DNA from: Azolla caroliniana
Lineage: Eukaryota > Plantae > Polypodiophyta
DNA length: 64,000 bases
Assembly: GCA_043228905.1 (NCBI GenBank)
Contig: JBHGNT010000013.1
Span: 18,600,001-18,664,000 of the forward strand
Direction of reading: 5' to 3'
Below, one piece after another: positions 11,250 to 25,343 of this stretch; position 1 is the first letter of the stretch; the number at the start of each line of letters is the position of its first letter. The position numbers and the translations under genes were made by a program. Below the pieces are notes generated by a model, which worked only from the letters and a program-made list of their open reading frames with translations, had not been told where the DNA came from and searched no databases.

Positions 11250-14200
11250 ATTTCCCTGGTACGGTCGTAGTCGGAATCCATTCACCCAGCTTTTGACAAT
11301 TTCCCCGGCGAGGGTGCCGAGCTGGAACGTGCCGTTAAACTCGTCAATAATACAGAAGGGGCTGGTCCATCAAAATCATAACTTTCCTGGCATAACACCG
11401 AGTCGCGTCTGGAAAACGAGGACCGGTTTGCCTATGGTCAGTTCTTGTTCTAATCCCTTCCGATGTCGGTCCACAAAGGCTTTCCGTTAGCGTTGGCGCT
11501 GTTCAAGTTGGGCCATGCTCGCTACTCGGTCCTCGCCAAGTTCGAGGAGTTGTTCTAGCCTCAATTGTTCGGATTGGGCCTCGGGAAGTCATGCTTTAAC
11601 TTGCACTCGGAGACTCGAGACTTGGAACTCGATGGGCATAACGGCTTCTAGAACAAAAGCCATCCGAAAAGGGGTGGATTGAATGCTCGTTTTGAATGTC
11701 GTGCGATAAGCCCACAATACACTTTGGAGCTTGTCGTCCCAATCGGTGCAGTTCTCGTTGACGATCTTCTTCAGGATTGTTTGGAGAATTTTGTTAGTTA
11801 ATTCTGCCAATCCGTTTGCTTGCGGGTAGTATGGTGTGCTTTTCTTATGTACCACTGCATAGTGAGTTGTAAGCTCGCATATTATATGGTTTATAAAGTG
11901 CCCACCTTGGTCAATAACGAGCTCAATTGGACATCCATAACGGCACCAGAGATGTTCGTACACGAATTTGGTCGTGGATGCTGCCGTGTTGTCTCGTAAA
12001 GCCTTTGCCTCGACCCATTTTGTGTAGTAGTCCGTGGCAACGATGATATACTGATTACCGGTTCGGGCCGCGGCTGGTTTGAAGGGTCCCACAAAATCTA
12101 ACCCCCATTTTTGAAATGGTTCCAATGGAAGAATGGGTTGGTGTGGCATTCGAGCTTGTTCCATCGGCTGTCCCAACCGTTGACACAACTCGCACTGTTG
12201 GCAGAACTCGTGGGCATCCTTTTTCGTTGTAGGCCACCATAACCCACTCTACCATACTTTCCTTGCCGTGGAGTCTCCGGCGCAGTGTTCGCCGACGATT
12301 TCGAGGTGGGCCTCTTGGAGGATGGCCTTCTTCTCGAATTGTCGAATGGCCCGACGCCATATTCCATCCGAGCCTTTGTGATAGAGGATGTCGGAAACTA
12401 GACAAAAGTTGCGGCTACATACTGCGAGTCATTTCCGTACATCGAGGGCCATGTGGTCGGGAGGCAAGCCAGTACTAAGGAAATGGGTCATCTCCGTGAT
12501 CCATTCATCTTCTTTGTCGTCGGGTAGCGTTGTGAGATGAAATAAGCCGGCTCAGGTAGATCGTCATACGTGGGCTCGGCAGGGTCTCCTAACTCGAGGC
12601 GGCTTAGGTAGTCAGCGACGGCATGTTGAACTCCGAGTCGATGCTGTATATGAAAATCAAACTCTTGTAATCGGAGCATCCATCGAGCCAGTCGACCTGT
12701 CAGGGCTTGTTTATTAACCTGGTAAAGGAGGGCCGAATGATCGACGTGAAAGGTGAATTTTTGGCCTAAGAGGTAATGCCGAAATTTATTGATGTTGTAG
12801 ATCATATCGAGGGCCTCCCGTTCGGTGGTTGAATAGTTCTTTTCCGCGGCCGAGAGACATCGGCTAGCATAATACACTGGCCGATACCAATTTGGGGCCG
12901 TGCATTGCATAAGTGCGCTCCTGATGGCAATATCTGATGCGTCCACGAAGACGTGAAAAGGTTCCGACCATCTCGGGGGCTGTACAACTAGGGCATGCGA
13001 GAGCATTCATTTCAATCCTTGGTAAGCATCGTCCTCGATTGAAGTCCATTGAAAGGGGAGTCGATGCACCGTTGCGTGTAGTGTTGTCGCGAAATCGGCC
13101 AAGTGGCGTATCATCCAGTTGTGTTATCTGATTTGTCCCAGAAATCGGCTGAGGCCTTTTATGTTCGATTGTGCCAGGGCTTTTAGGATGGCTGATACTT
13201 TATCTGGGTTCTTGACTGACGATGTGTCCGAGTAGGTTGCCGCTTGTGACCAAGAACGCGCATTTTTCCGGGTTTAAACTTAACCGAGCCTGGCGACATT
13301 GATCAAGATAGAGTAATTGGGTCATGTGTTCCAGTCGCTGACCATATACGGCGAAGTCGTCGAGAAAGACTTCCATGAACGCCGGGATATACTTGTTAAA
13401 AATTTCGGTGATGATGCACTGGAACGTGGTCGGTGCTGTTTTTAAACTGAACATCATGACTTCTGCTACGAAAACACCCGATTCCGTGACAAATGCTGTT
13501 TTCTCTTGATCATCTGGGTGCATTCTGATTTGGTTGTACCCATTGAACCCGTCTAGAAAGCTGTAGCATTCTTGACCTGCCACCGTGTCGAGAACACTAT
13601 CCATAAATGGGAGAGGGAATCCATCCGTGACCGTTGCAACATTAAGCTTGCGGTAGTCCACACAGACTCGGATTTTCTCGTTTTTCTTGGGGACGACTAC
13701 GATTGGGCTTAACCATGTGGCGCGTTTTACCGATCGTATGAACCCGACTCGGAGGAGCTTGTCTATTTCTTCCTTGACCTTAGCCGCATAATTGGGGTTC
13801 ATCCGGTATCATCTTTGCTAAACCGGCCGAGCGTCTGGGAGAAGGTGGATCTGGTGTTGGTAGTATTATGGGTCCAAACCCTTCATATCCGTGTAAGACC
13901 ATGCGAATACATCCTGGTAATCGGTGAGTAAGTGGATGAGGGCTACTCGTTCGCCGGTTGGTAAGTTATTAACAATCTGTAGGGTCCGAGGGGTCTCGTC
14001 CGAACTGAGGTTCAGTGTTTCGAGCGTTGATGCCTTCACTCGTCGGGAGATGGTGAGTTCACATTCAAAAGTGTCCCGAGTGTGTCGTAATTCGGCAATG
14101 GTGGTGGGATCAGGCTCATGCTGAGGAGGTGTATTCACCGTGACCTCCTTGTCTAGAGGTGTGCCGACGGCCGCATGGCGTCGATTTCGAAGAGAGGTAT

Positions 14201-14827
14201 GATAGTGGGATGGTCTTCTAGGAAGTCGTCCACCTTGTCCTCGTCTAATTCGTCGAGCATGTGCACCCCTTCCGCGTATAACGGCGAGGTGTTGTGGGGC
14301 GTGGTTACGCGTTCTTCGGTTATGATTTGGACCTTGGTCCTTCCTCGGCGAAACGAGATCATGTTGCGCTGCCAATGTTGTTTGATATTTGCTGTGTGCA
14401 ACCATGGTCTGCCCAGTAACATTGGGTAAGCCCCCTGTGCTTCGAGTCGTAAGACAATGGCCAAGATAGTGAACATGTGGCCTCCTAGAGTAAAGTCGAG
14501 GTGGCGGATTAATCCGATGGGGCGAACCGATCGTCTGTTGGCCATCCGAAGCCAAAAGGGACAAGGTTCCCATTGATTCAGGACGAGTTTATGACAGGTA
14601 GCCTCGCTGATGACATTCACACCAGAGCCGTCGTCGATTATGCACCCATGCAGGTCCTTCCCTTTAATCATAATTTTTATGGCTGGATTCTGCACATCCA
14701 TGAGGGGTGGACCTGTTCCTGGCTCGGTCAGGTGCACAGGTGGTGCGGTGGAATGGTTGTTGGCCGTGAGTGAAGCCAAGGTGTCCCGAAAACGCGGAAT
14801 GAGTGGTAAGAGTTTATGCAGAGGCAA
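11250..14827 (-). pseudogene. pol: Gypsy pol (protease, RT, RNase H, integrase), broken by stops and frameshifts
   Basis: IIDDGSGVN protease; VFAWSYTDMKGLDP; RVCVDYRKLN...FLDDF RT; VDASD...YYASR...NYSTTERE RNase H; WGLDFVGP...YYPQANGLAE integrase; GPF motif near 11360. Confidence 0.93.
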
Positions 14828-14896
14828 GCAGATCCTGGAACTGGTAAGGGCGTCCCATAGCTAGTCATCTTTTGCCGCCGTGGATGGTGCCGAGGA

Positions 14897-16435
14897 CTAT
14901 GTTGCTCCGATGGTCGCGTCTCCCATTTCCCTGTGCATCCGCACCACATTGTTTTTGTTGGCCATATCCATCCATTCTTTGGCTGCTTGCCGGACTTCAT
15001 CCTGAACTTGCCATGGGGTAGCCTGGGTTTTGCACGTCGGCCATAATACTATTACGGCAGGAGCCTTTCCGCGGTCTGTTGTTGGGCATTGCATAGTGTA
15101 GTGATAGGGTTGGTTGCACTTGAAGCAGGTAACGTCGGCCGAGTTGCTGGTGCTAGCCCGATCTGTGTGTGGGGGGGGTAGCAGTTGATTTCCGGCCTCG
15201 TGTGTTTGTGGGTTGGTCCAGGGCACGTTTGAGCTGCGTGGTTCATTGTGCGGTGGGTCCCGATGACGGTTGTCGTTATTCCTTTGGTTATTGCGCGATC
15301 CTCTATGAGAGTTGCGCTGATCATTACGGAAATTTCTCTGATCGTAACGGTCATCCCGATCCTCTTCATTCCGATCATAATCGTCGTTTGCTTGATACTG
15401 GTCATCGTGATAGCGATCACGACGGTCGTCCGATCTCCGTTGGTTGTCGTTTCGGTAACGGTTGTTGTCCCGACGGTAATCATCGTTACGACGCCGTCTA
15501 TCCGGCGATCGCGGTCGTTGGGTATCCTGGTTCCGGTAGGATTGGGGCTCGTCCTGACGAGAGTATGTATCCCGAGGCTCGATCTGGCGAACCGGAGCCG
15601 TCGTTGTGCGGTTGAGCATATTGTATTCGCAGTGTTCGACAATGTGGGATCGGGACTGGCAGATCAGACATTGTGGTCGGTGAGGACATTCGAGGGCTAG
15701 ATGGCCCGATCCCGAGCAAACTGTGCATTGGAGGGCGTGGCGGAAGCGATTGTCCTCCTGGGGAAGGGCGCTTTGCAGTGAACTCATAGAGAAAGTTGTG
15801 CTCTGCTGAGTCCGATCGAGGGCGAGGACGCGGGTTATGACTTGCTCGATCGTTTGGTTGTCAAAATTAGTAAGTGCAAGAGTCGTCCATAGAGGCTCCC
15901 GTAGGCTGGGCAGGAATGCATCCGGAATGTGCTGTGCAGAGACATCGTCGGCCACTTGTCTGTAGAGATCCCATAACTGGATCGTGAACTGTGCGACCGT
16001 CTCGTGCGGTTCTTGTCGCATGGAAAAGAATTGTCGGAGCAATTCTCGTTTGGGCACCTCACGATGGAACAGTTCTAGGAATTGCGTGCGAACGTCGTGG
16101 AAGGTGACAAACTCCCCTGTGTCGAGGCCAGAATACCATCGCGCAACTGGTCCATCGAGGGATAATGTAAACTCGACAATTTTTGAGGCGTCGATTTCGG
16201 CAGGCGAGAGTCGCTGGGTTGAGTGGTTGGCTTGCCAGGTGGACACGAAGGCATGGACGTGCGACTCTACGGCGGTGTTGTTGGTGTATCGTGGGTAAGG
16301 ATACGGCATGGTATCAAATTCGGAGTCTTCCGGTAAAACCGGAAAAGGGTTAGGGTTAGGGTGGGTGACCTTTGGAGGGCTTGGTAGAGGTGTGGACTCG
16401 ACTTGCCACCGAGTAGCAGGTGGCAAGGATTGCAA
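14897..16435 (-). pseudogene. gag: Gypsy gag with three CCHC zinc knuckles
   Basis: Retrotrans_gag-like core (SLDGPVARWY...FLELF...QEPHETVAQF). Knuckles CTVCSGSGHLALEC, CLICQSRSHIVEHC and CFKCNQPYHYTMQC. Confidence 0.9.
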
Positions 16436-16608
16436 CCAGTGAGCCTCCGATGTTTCTGGGAAGGACTAGTCCGTAACCGCCGAGTCAGAAGTGCCTTCGA
16501 CTGGCTTAGGGCGTCGGCCAGATGGCCGAGACCGCTTGGTGCGATTGGGCGCCGTAATGGCGGCTAAAGGTTGTCTTCAACATAGTTCGCTGTGATCTCA
16601 CAGCTGTA

Positions 16609-16621
16609 ACCGGGCGTGCCA
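16609..16621 (-). promoter_or_regulatory. Primer-binding site, tRNA-Arg type
   Basis: Minus strand reads TGGCACGCCCGGT 5 nt inside the 5' LTR. It resembles the complement of the plant tRNA-Arg(UCU) 3' end used by Tat-lineage elements. Confidence 0.75.
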
Positions 16622-16626
16622 AATTG

Positions 16627-17115
16627 TGTTAACCGTTCTGCAGGAAACACCTTCGATATGCCTACAAGCTATCGGTATCAAGGGAAGTGTAATCGTGAAG
16701 ACTTGTGCACGGAGGTGTCGTTAGGGGAAGAACACAGAGAGCCTACCCGGAATAGAGCCCGGGTCGTATACGTAGTTGAGACCTTAGAAACGACGACACA
16801 TAGATGCAAACAACAAGAGCTAATAGATATGTATTACTGCAATAGTTAGCGAAGATTACAAAAACACGGCCCACAATCGGCAGCCTTACAAAGCTCTTAT
16901 AACTATGAAACAACCTTGCCTAGGCTCCCGATATCTCTCTCATGCCGAGGTACGTAGACCTCGGTTTATATACTTCTCTTCCTTCATACAGCGCCGAGTG
17001 GTCGGTTGACTGTGAGGCTCGAAACTTGGCATTTTAACTAACTCTCCCTTACCTACTCGCTTTACTTCCGGAGTATTACATTTAACTAATTTCTATTTTT
17101 TGCCTATGGACAACA
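16627..17115 (-). repeat. Gypsy 5' LTR
   Basis: Direct repeat of 1571-2059; adjacent to the PBS. Confidence 0.95.
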
Positions 17116-20100
17116 GTGATGCATCGGATCGCCGATCCACCTCCGGTTACATGTTTTCCCTTGGTAGCGTAGTTGTTGCGTGGAGCAACAAAAAGCATCA
17201 AACAGTGGCTCTGTTGAGCACTGAGGCCGAATACCGGGGCGCTACCAATGCCACTTGTGAACCCATGTAGCTTTGGCGACTGCTGCGAGATCTTCAGATC
17301 GAGGTGCCGACCCCGATCCTAATCTACTGCAACAACATAAGGAGCATACAGCTCGCCAAGAACCCCATCTTCCATGCTCACACAAAGCACATAGAAGTGC
17401 ATTATCACTTCGTGTGCGAGCGGGTCCTGAGCGGTGAAATCGAACTTCAGTATGTTCAGACGGATCAAGAGGTTGCCGACATCTTCACCAAACCGCTCGG
17501 ATCGGACAAGTTGCAACACTTCACTGAAATGCTTGGTGTTAAGCATCTCGACGTATCACACTTGAGGGGGAGAATGAGCAAAGGCCAAGAAACCGGTGCC
17601 ACAATAGGCAAAGGCAAAGAAACTGCTGACGCCAAAGGGGGAGACAAGAGGAAAAAGGAAGCTGAGTCGACAAAGGAAGTCGGCACATCCGAACAAGTCG
17701 GAACGAGCGGTAGCGGCGGCAGAGTCAAGAAGGACAGAGCCGACCGGAAGGAGAAGGCCAAGACCCGGACATGGTCTGATGTGGTGAAGGACCTGAAACC
17801 GGAAGACAACTTGGAGAACACCAACTTGGACAAGAGCAGGAACGAATCGGAGATAGCCGATTCTCTTCAATAGTTGGATTTGGAAGAGTTGGACACGGAC
17901 GCAGTGGAAGTCGACGCCAACACGAAGGAATCAAGACGCGCAGAACTAGAAGGGTCGCGGCAAACAGGACCAGACCAGACAAGGAGCGCGAGCAAGGCGG
18001 AGCAACGACCAAAACGGGCCGGATTAAAGAACAGGCTGCCATGGACACTAACACCACGATCCCACCTCAAGTTGAGCTTGAGGGGGAGTGTTGAGCGAGC
18101 AAGCTCAACTGGATCTGGAACGACTGAATAAGCTTGAGCTGGATCGGTATCCGGATACAACCGACCATATTGGGGAGACGGATCGGAGAGCCAGATTCGA
18201 GCGTGAATTGGAAGCCTAGTAGTAGCCTAGACTACTAGGTAATCATTGTCTCGTAGTTAGTGTTAGTCGCTTGTATGAGCATTGAAGTACCTGTCAATCC
18301 TTTATGGACTTTGTATAAATAGTGTTGTTATAGCACATTGTATGTACATAGTTTTCGAGTGATTTTTGAATTGAGTTTATGTTCTGCTCTACTCTCTCTC
18401 TCTCTCCTGCGTATACTCTTTGTGTATTAAGCTTCTCCATTAAACCTCTTATTCTCTGTTGCTATCCGCTTGAGCCGCTTTTGTCTAACGCTTCCGCACG
18501 TTTACTTTGATAAAAACAAATTGTAAGCAATTGAAGGAAGTGATTCTCAAGGTAGGTATCTGCAAAAGTTAATATGTGGAAGCTTATGACAAACCGGTTC
18601 ACATGTGGGTCCAGCTCTCAACTCCGGCTCCCCGATCCCAATCTGGCTCCTGGTTCCGGATACTATCCGAACACCGATCCAGATACGATCCGGCTCTGGC
18701 TTATCCAGCCGATCCGGATCCAGTTGAGCTTGCATGCTCAACACTCCCCCTCAAGTTCAACTTGAGGTCAGATCGTGGTGTTAGTGTTTGGGGCAACTAG
18801 TTCTTTCGTCTGGCTCCTTTTGGCGTCCTCCTGCCTCGCATGTGCTCCACTGCCTTCTTGTCCGTTTGGTCTCCAATTGATTCGCATGTCCTTCTTGTTT
18901 GATCGGGTTCTGCACTCCTCGGTCGGCTTATCTGCTGAACATGCCCATCTCAACTCCTTCGCTATTGCGACTTCAGCGCTTCTTGACCTGCCAGTTCCTC
19001 TGTGTCGGTGTTGACTTCCACTGCCTTCTTGTCCGTTTGGTCTCCAATTGATTCGACTCCTCCAAATCAAACTGCTCTCGCGAATCGGCAGCCTCCGATT
19101 CGTTCCAGCTCTTGTCCAAATTGGCTGTCTCCAATTCGTCCTCCTGTAGTTCCTTGACCACATCTGCCCATGTCTTGGTCTTGGCCTTTCCGGCTTTGCC
19201 TCCCCCTTTTTTGGTTGGCTTCGGCTTAGGCTCTCCGTTCCAGTGGATCCCCCTTCGTCCGGTCTCGACTTATTCCTCCGTCTTGTGCATTCCGGCTTCT
19301 TCAGTTGAGCCAAAGTCGAAATCGGTTTCTGACTTAGCTTTTCGGTCATCTTTCTTATCCCTCCTTTCGTTCCTCCCCTTCAGGTTCAACATATCAAGGT
19401 ATTGCACACCCAGTGCACCAAAAAAATGCCGTAACTTGTCTAAGCCTAAGGGTTTGGTGAAGATATCGGCCACCTACTGATCCGTCGGAACATACAGAAG
19501 TTTCACTTCACTAGAGAGAATGTGCTCTTAGACAAAATGATAGTGCACCTCGATGTGGTTAGTCTGGGCGTGAAAGACAAGGTTCTTAGCCAACTGGATG
19601 TTGTTGAGGTTATCGTAATAGATCACCGTCAGATCGGATACCTCCACCTGCAGATCATCTAGGAACCTCTTGCGCCATATGGCTTTGCATGTCGTGACAT
19701 CCGCTCCTCGGTACTTGGTCTCAATGCTCGACAATGCAACTATTGGCTGCTTCTTACTACTCCAGGCGACCGCGATGCTTCCAAGTGAAAACACATATCC
19801 AGATGTAGACCTACGGTTGCCGACATTTCCGGCCCAATCGGCATCCGTGGAGCCGTCAAGCTATCCGGCTACACCGGTTAGATACAACAACCTCCTGTCC
19901 TTAGTGCCACTAACATATCGCAGGATTCGGTGCGCGCACTGAAGGTGCTCTACGGTTGGATGTGCCATAAATTGACCGATCAATCTGTCTGGATAACTGA
20001 GGTTTGGTCGGGTGATGGTCAAATAGATAAGGCTTCTGACTATTTGTCGGAACCTTTTCGGGTCGCATGCCGTTCCGGAGTCAGGATGAAGCTTCACATT

Positions 20101-23100
20101 CCAGTCCAGAGGGTTCGAGACGGATTTGCATTCCGTCATACCGAATTTGAAGAGCATACTTGTTGAGAGACAAGCTCAACATTCGGGGCGTAATCGGGTG
20201 TATAAAATAGTTACGCACAACATGGTCATAACGGTGCGGACACCAAGAGGCGGTAAGAATGATATTCCTCGTAGGGAATAGTTTTGGGAGTAAGTGTAGG
20301 ATGCTCATTTATGAGTAGTCAAGTACTGTCAGTACTTGTGTCAGCCCGATAGTTAGGGCGTTTATAAAAGGTGCTCACTGAGCACGAAGTATGTACAGAG
20401 ACTCATTATTTTGAATCTGAGATTTCGGTGTTCTGCTCTCTCACTCTCTCTCTCCCTCCCATCTCTATCTTTGCATTTTCTGTGTTTTACCTAATTGTCT
20501 TACTTCCGAACTATACTATGTGTTGTACGCACACGCTTCCGCACACGTTCATATTCTTTGACGTGGTATCAGAGCGCGAGGGTTGAGACTCCTCTACATC
20601 CAACAAAAAAGCTTGCGACAAATACAGGTTTGAGTTTGTTCTTCTTGATTTCGGAAAAGACAAGACAATGACATGGATAGAGGAATGGGAAGCTCGTTAC
20701 CGACTGAGAAACTCGACAGGAGCAACTATGCATCTTGGTCGTACAAGATGCACCAGTACTTGCTTGGTCATGGCTACTGGAGTTATGTCAAATGAGCTAA
20801 TGATACAACACCCGAATCGACACACATGGATTTTTTGGCTTGGGAACAAGCGGCAAGCAGAGTTCTCTATTGCTTTGCATCTTGTGTGAGTGACTAGCTA
20901 TTGAGCTATATTTGGGATGCCAAGACGCCGAAGGACGCGTGGGCGAATCTCAGAAGGATTTTCGCCGCAAGCACAATGGGCAGGGAGTTGTAGCTCAGAT
21001 AGGAGCTCAGCAATGTCCGGCAGAAAGATATGTTTGTGGCCGATTATACCGCCCGAATCAAGGAAATCTGGGACTCACTTGCTTCTGTCAATGTGAACGT
21101 CGAGGAGTATGAGATGGTGCAAGTGTTCCTTGGTGGGATAGCGTCCAAGTTCGGAGCGTTCCGAATGGAGAATACACCTTCGTTCTTCGAGCTTCAGTCA
21201 ATGTTGCTCGTGGAGGAAAACCACGCGGGTGCATCGATGAGTACGCATGCCGATGGCAAAATGCTATACACGGAGGAAGATAGGCCCCGTGGTCGTGGTG
21301 GACGAGGCGGATCGGCGCATAATGGAGGCGGCCGAAAAGAGCAGAACGTATGACATAATCGAACCCTCTGGAAGCAATTCCGAACCCTTTGGAAGCAGGG
21401 GGATTCATAGCGGCGCCGGAAGCCGGCAAGATTAGGCCGCAACGGAATGCTAGTACTGTGGGAAGAAAGGCCACAGGGAGAGTTAGTGCTGGAAGAAACA
21501 AGCCGATTCGGACAAAACTAAACCGAGCGGGAGAGACGCCGGAAGGCGTCAAAAGTCTCACTATGCTAAGGGCTCCGAACGAGCCGAAAATGGATCGGGC
21601 CCCGCCTTCGTAATGAAGCACAAGGCCAATTCGATGGTAGTGAACACCTCGAAATCGAGCGAGGTGTGGTATGTTGATTCCAGAGCATCAAAACATATGA
21701 CGAGTCACGAGGAATGGTTCACGACGAAAAGCAAGGAGTGGTCGAAACCGGAGACGACACTCCGCATACCATCGAACATGTCGGTGAAGTTCCCCTCAGT
21801 CACGTCGGGTAGAAAGGGAAGCTCATGAACGTGTTACACATCCCGACAATAACCAAGAACCTTGTGTTGGTTGGACAGATTGTCGACCAAGGTATGCAAG
21901 TTCGATTCACGCATCTCGACTGTTTCATAGAAGAGGAAGGCAAGATAATCGCGCAAGGGCGTCGTGAAGGGAGGATGTTTATCCTCGACACTAATCAAGC
22001 CGGAAGCATGCTGTTCGCAAAAGGGCAGAAGGTTTAGTCGGACATCGACCTATGGCATAAGTGGTTCGGTCATATTAACTTCCCGCGGCTTCGTGAAATG
22101 CAGACGAAGAACATTGTTTTCAGCTTGCTGAAATTTCCGGTCCAGAATGACCAAGTCTGCGAAGCTTGCCAGATGGGAAAACAACACCGACTTCCATTCC
22201 CCAACGAGCGTAATTGTAGTTGAAATCCGCTGGATTTGATCCATTCGGATGTGTGGGGACCGGCACAGAATGTGAATCTCAATGGAAGCTGTTACTTCGT
22301 AACCTTCATTGACGACTTCACTTGGCACACATGGGCATGCACCATCGCGAAGAAGAGCGAAGTCTTCGCGTGTTTCCTGAAGGTGAAGAGCCTTGCGGAA
22401 AGGGAAATAGGGCGTAAGATCAAATGCCTACGGTCTGATGGCGGGAAGGAGTACTTCTCCGACCAATTCACATGTTATCTACAGAAGGAGGGAATTCGAC
22501 GCGAATTCTCGTGTAGATATACGACAAAGTAGAACGGCGTAGCCGAGCGGAAGAATCAGACAATTGAAGAAGCGGGCTGGGCAATGCTTGAAGAGAAGCA
22601 TATGCCGAAGCCGTGAGGACGACTGTCTACTTGTAGAATCAGACTTCTGTTAATGGAGGAGTGTCGCCACATGAGCTGTATTTCGGAAAGAAGTCGAACT
22701 TGGCACACTTGAGGATTTTCAACAACAACGCGTATGTACACATGCCGAAGGAGAAGAGGAGGAAACTGGATGCCAAAGCCGAGAAGTGTACCTTGGTTAG
22801 ACAACCAGAAGGGGTATAAGTGTTATAACCCCCAAACAAAGGAAGTCCGCGTAAGTCAAGAGGTCGTGTTCGACGAGTTCGCTTCGTGGTACTTGCCCTC
22901 ACCTCCAACACCTCTCGACTCCATTCCGAATTCTGAAGAAGAGGTTAGTGAGGCCGAGATGCCTCCGCGTGATGAAGAAATTGGAGCTCTAGAGGAGAGT
23001 CCGATCTCATTTCGGCTAAATGGTCCGAATGAGGGGTTGGGTCGAGATGGCCAACCTATTGAAGAGACGGTGAGTAGTGGAGACTCGGCCATATTATCCC

Positions 23101-23367
23101 CGCATAAGGAACCAAGGAGACAGTTTACGCGCAAGGAGAAGGGGAAGAAAAAGATGTCGGAGTACGACTTCGATAGTGTTGAATCAAATCGGAGCGTATC
23201 TAACTTCGAGCCAATTGAGAAGCAACCTCCATGGAACAAGTCGAAATCGGCTGCAAAGGTCGTGAAATCGGGTAATCATGAATTACTCCAATCTACCTGC
23301 CAGAAGAACCCCGTAAAGAGGTACGGGTATAATGAGTACATGGCGCATCATTACGCATCCATGACGT

Positions 23368-24615
23368 TGTCGTAGTGTATTTCGTACACTACGTGAAAAA
23401 CGTATAAAATAACCGATTCAATAAATATGAAGAAATAGAAGAAAATGTTAAAATACGTTGTCGTGCCTTTCGGCTTCGGATCGTTTGCGTGAGTCGGATG
23501 GGAACCACCGGGGTTTTGGACTAGGAAGAGGAGAGTTTTAAGGCTAATAAGAATATAAATATGTTGTAAGAAAGAGTTATAGCAAACTCGTGAATCCCAC
23601 GAGTGTATTGTATTAGATTAATCAATATGAATATAAGAATATAAACTTCGGTTGAAAGAGAATGATATAGAATTCTCGTGAATCCCACGAGTATAGTTTA
23701 TTAATTTGTGTTTTTTAGAAACATATCCAGTTTCCAAATATTTTTCACACACAATTACATTGTGCTCCCCATCCTTATGTAGTGATGAGGAAGTCTTAGT
23801 AATCCATGCTTTTTCTCTAACTATAGACCCCATGCTTTTCCTATAGATAGACTATATGCTTTATCTAAAGTGATCATGCTTTTTTCTAACTTGTGCGTTT
23901 TTTATCATGCACGCTAGATGTGTATGTGTAGCTTTTTCTTTTGTTATGCGTTTTTCTAATGTTTATCCTAGCGTGAATTTACCTTTCTATGTGGGACATC
24001 TATGCTTTAACACTAATGAAATGCTAGTGTAATGGTAAGACATTACATTATTAACATGGAGGTGCAAGGTTCGAATCTTGCCCTATGCATGTTACATTTA
24101 TTTTGCTATTTTCTTCTATTTCTTCATTTTTTATTGAATCTAATACTATATACGTTTTTCACGTAGTGTACAAAATACACTACGACAACGTCATACATGC
24201 ATAGGGCAAGATTCAAACCTTGTACCTCCATGTATATAATGTGAAGCTTTATCATTACACTAACATATCACTAGTGTTAAAAAAGTAGACGTCCCGCATA
24301 GAAAGGTAAGTGCACACTAGGATAAACTTTAGTTAGAAGAAAACGCATGATAAAAGAAAAAGCTACACATGCACATATAGCGTGCATGAACATTTTAGTC
24401 GATAAAAACACATCAAGTTAGAAAAAGCATGATTACTTTAGAAAAGGCATGTTAGATAAAGCATATAGTCTATTGATAGAAAAAACATGGATTGTGAGGA
24501 CTCTCTCATCATTATATAAGGATGGGGAGCACAATGTAATAGGGTGTGTGAAATATTTGGAAATTGGATATATTTCTAAAAGACACCAATTAATAAAATA
24601 TATTTGTGGGATTCT
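23368..24615 (+). repeat. Truncated LTR of the tRNA-Trp-primed family (host of the solo LTR)
   Basis: Starts TGTCGTAGTGTA after ACGT. Bases 23368-23458 plus 24192 onward align to the reverse complement of 23459-24187. The right end is not found. Confidence 0.75.
23459..24187 (-). mobile_element. Solo LTR of the tRNA-Trp-primed family (729 bp)
   Basis: Minus strand runs TGTCGTAGTGTA...GAAAGGCACGACA, the same termini as LTRs 39562-40412 and 42416-43260. 4-bp TSD ACGT at 23455-23458 and 24188-24191. Confidence 0.9.
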
Positions 24616-25343
24616 CTAATTTTGATCTCTTTTCTCAATCTACTCTATAGTAATCTATTCTAAACTATTTCAATTTATTACTACGATTAAGATTAAGCGA
24701 AAGATTTCAAAACAATCAACTTTTTTATTTCATTCGATAAAATATTGTCTACATTTCTTACATATCGTTGCACAAAAAATACATTTAAGAGTTATTTGCA
24801 TCACTATCATCATTCCTTTCCTAAGAATCACTACTATAGCTAATATACAATTGTGACTCTTCCTCCTCATTTTCAAATGTACTAATCAAATCATTGTTTT
24901 CACTAAATGGTGTCTCCAAATTGTGTGCACTAAATCTTGTTAACCTTCAATTTGAGATATCTTCTAGTCTTGGTAATATCTTTTTTATTATGTATATCGT
25001 TCTCGTCCTTAAACATCCAACTTTTGTCAGTGTAAAGTCATACACAATGATATCCACCTCACTAATGTCAATGATAGATGTATTACAGAAGTTTAATCCA
25101 TCGCCACGTCCAAAACTTTACCAATGCAGAATTGGTGCCCTAGTTGATGGCCATCTACATGTGTAGCTATTAATATCCCCACCTTGAGTTCTTGCCAGTT
25201 TAATTGTCACCTGAGTTATGCTCGTGTTGTCATCCTTAGTTCCAGATAAATGTTTCTCTGTTTTAGATGAACCAAACTATGAAGATCAACATTAAGTGCT
25301 TGACGTGGTGATTTAGAACTGACAGAATATTTTATACACGACG

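Larger units (their letters stand above)
1571..17115 (-). mobile_element. Full-length Ty3/Gypsy non-chromovirus (Tat/Athila-like) LTR retrotransposon, decayed
   Basis: 489-bp LTRs at 1571-2059 and 16627-17115 (TG...CA, ~23 differences by eye). 5-bp TSD GTGAT at 1566-1570 and 17116-17120. Domain order gag-PR-RT-RH-INT on the minus strand. Confidence 0.96.
1487..18512 (+). mobile_element. 5'-truncated Copia remnant (RT end, RNase H, tail, 3' LTR 18089-~18512), split by the Gypsy insertion at 1571-17115
   Basis: 1487-1570 reads ...GLLYRHG...YIDAD*AGD and resumes at 17116 with (GD)ASDRRSTSGYMFSLG...HAHTKHIEVHYHF. PPT TTGAGGGGGAG is followed by TGTTGAG at 18089. Confidence 0.85.

Noticed and set aside
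23361-24194. MITE with ~45-bp terminal inverted repeats
   Set aside because: The inverted repeat arises from a solo LTR inserted antiparallel into a sister LTR (TSD ACGT at 23455 and 24188).
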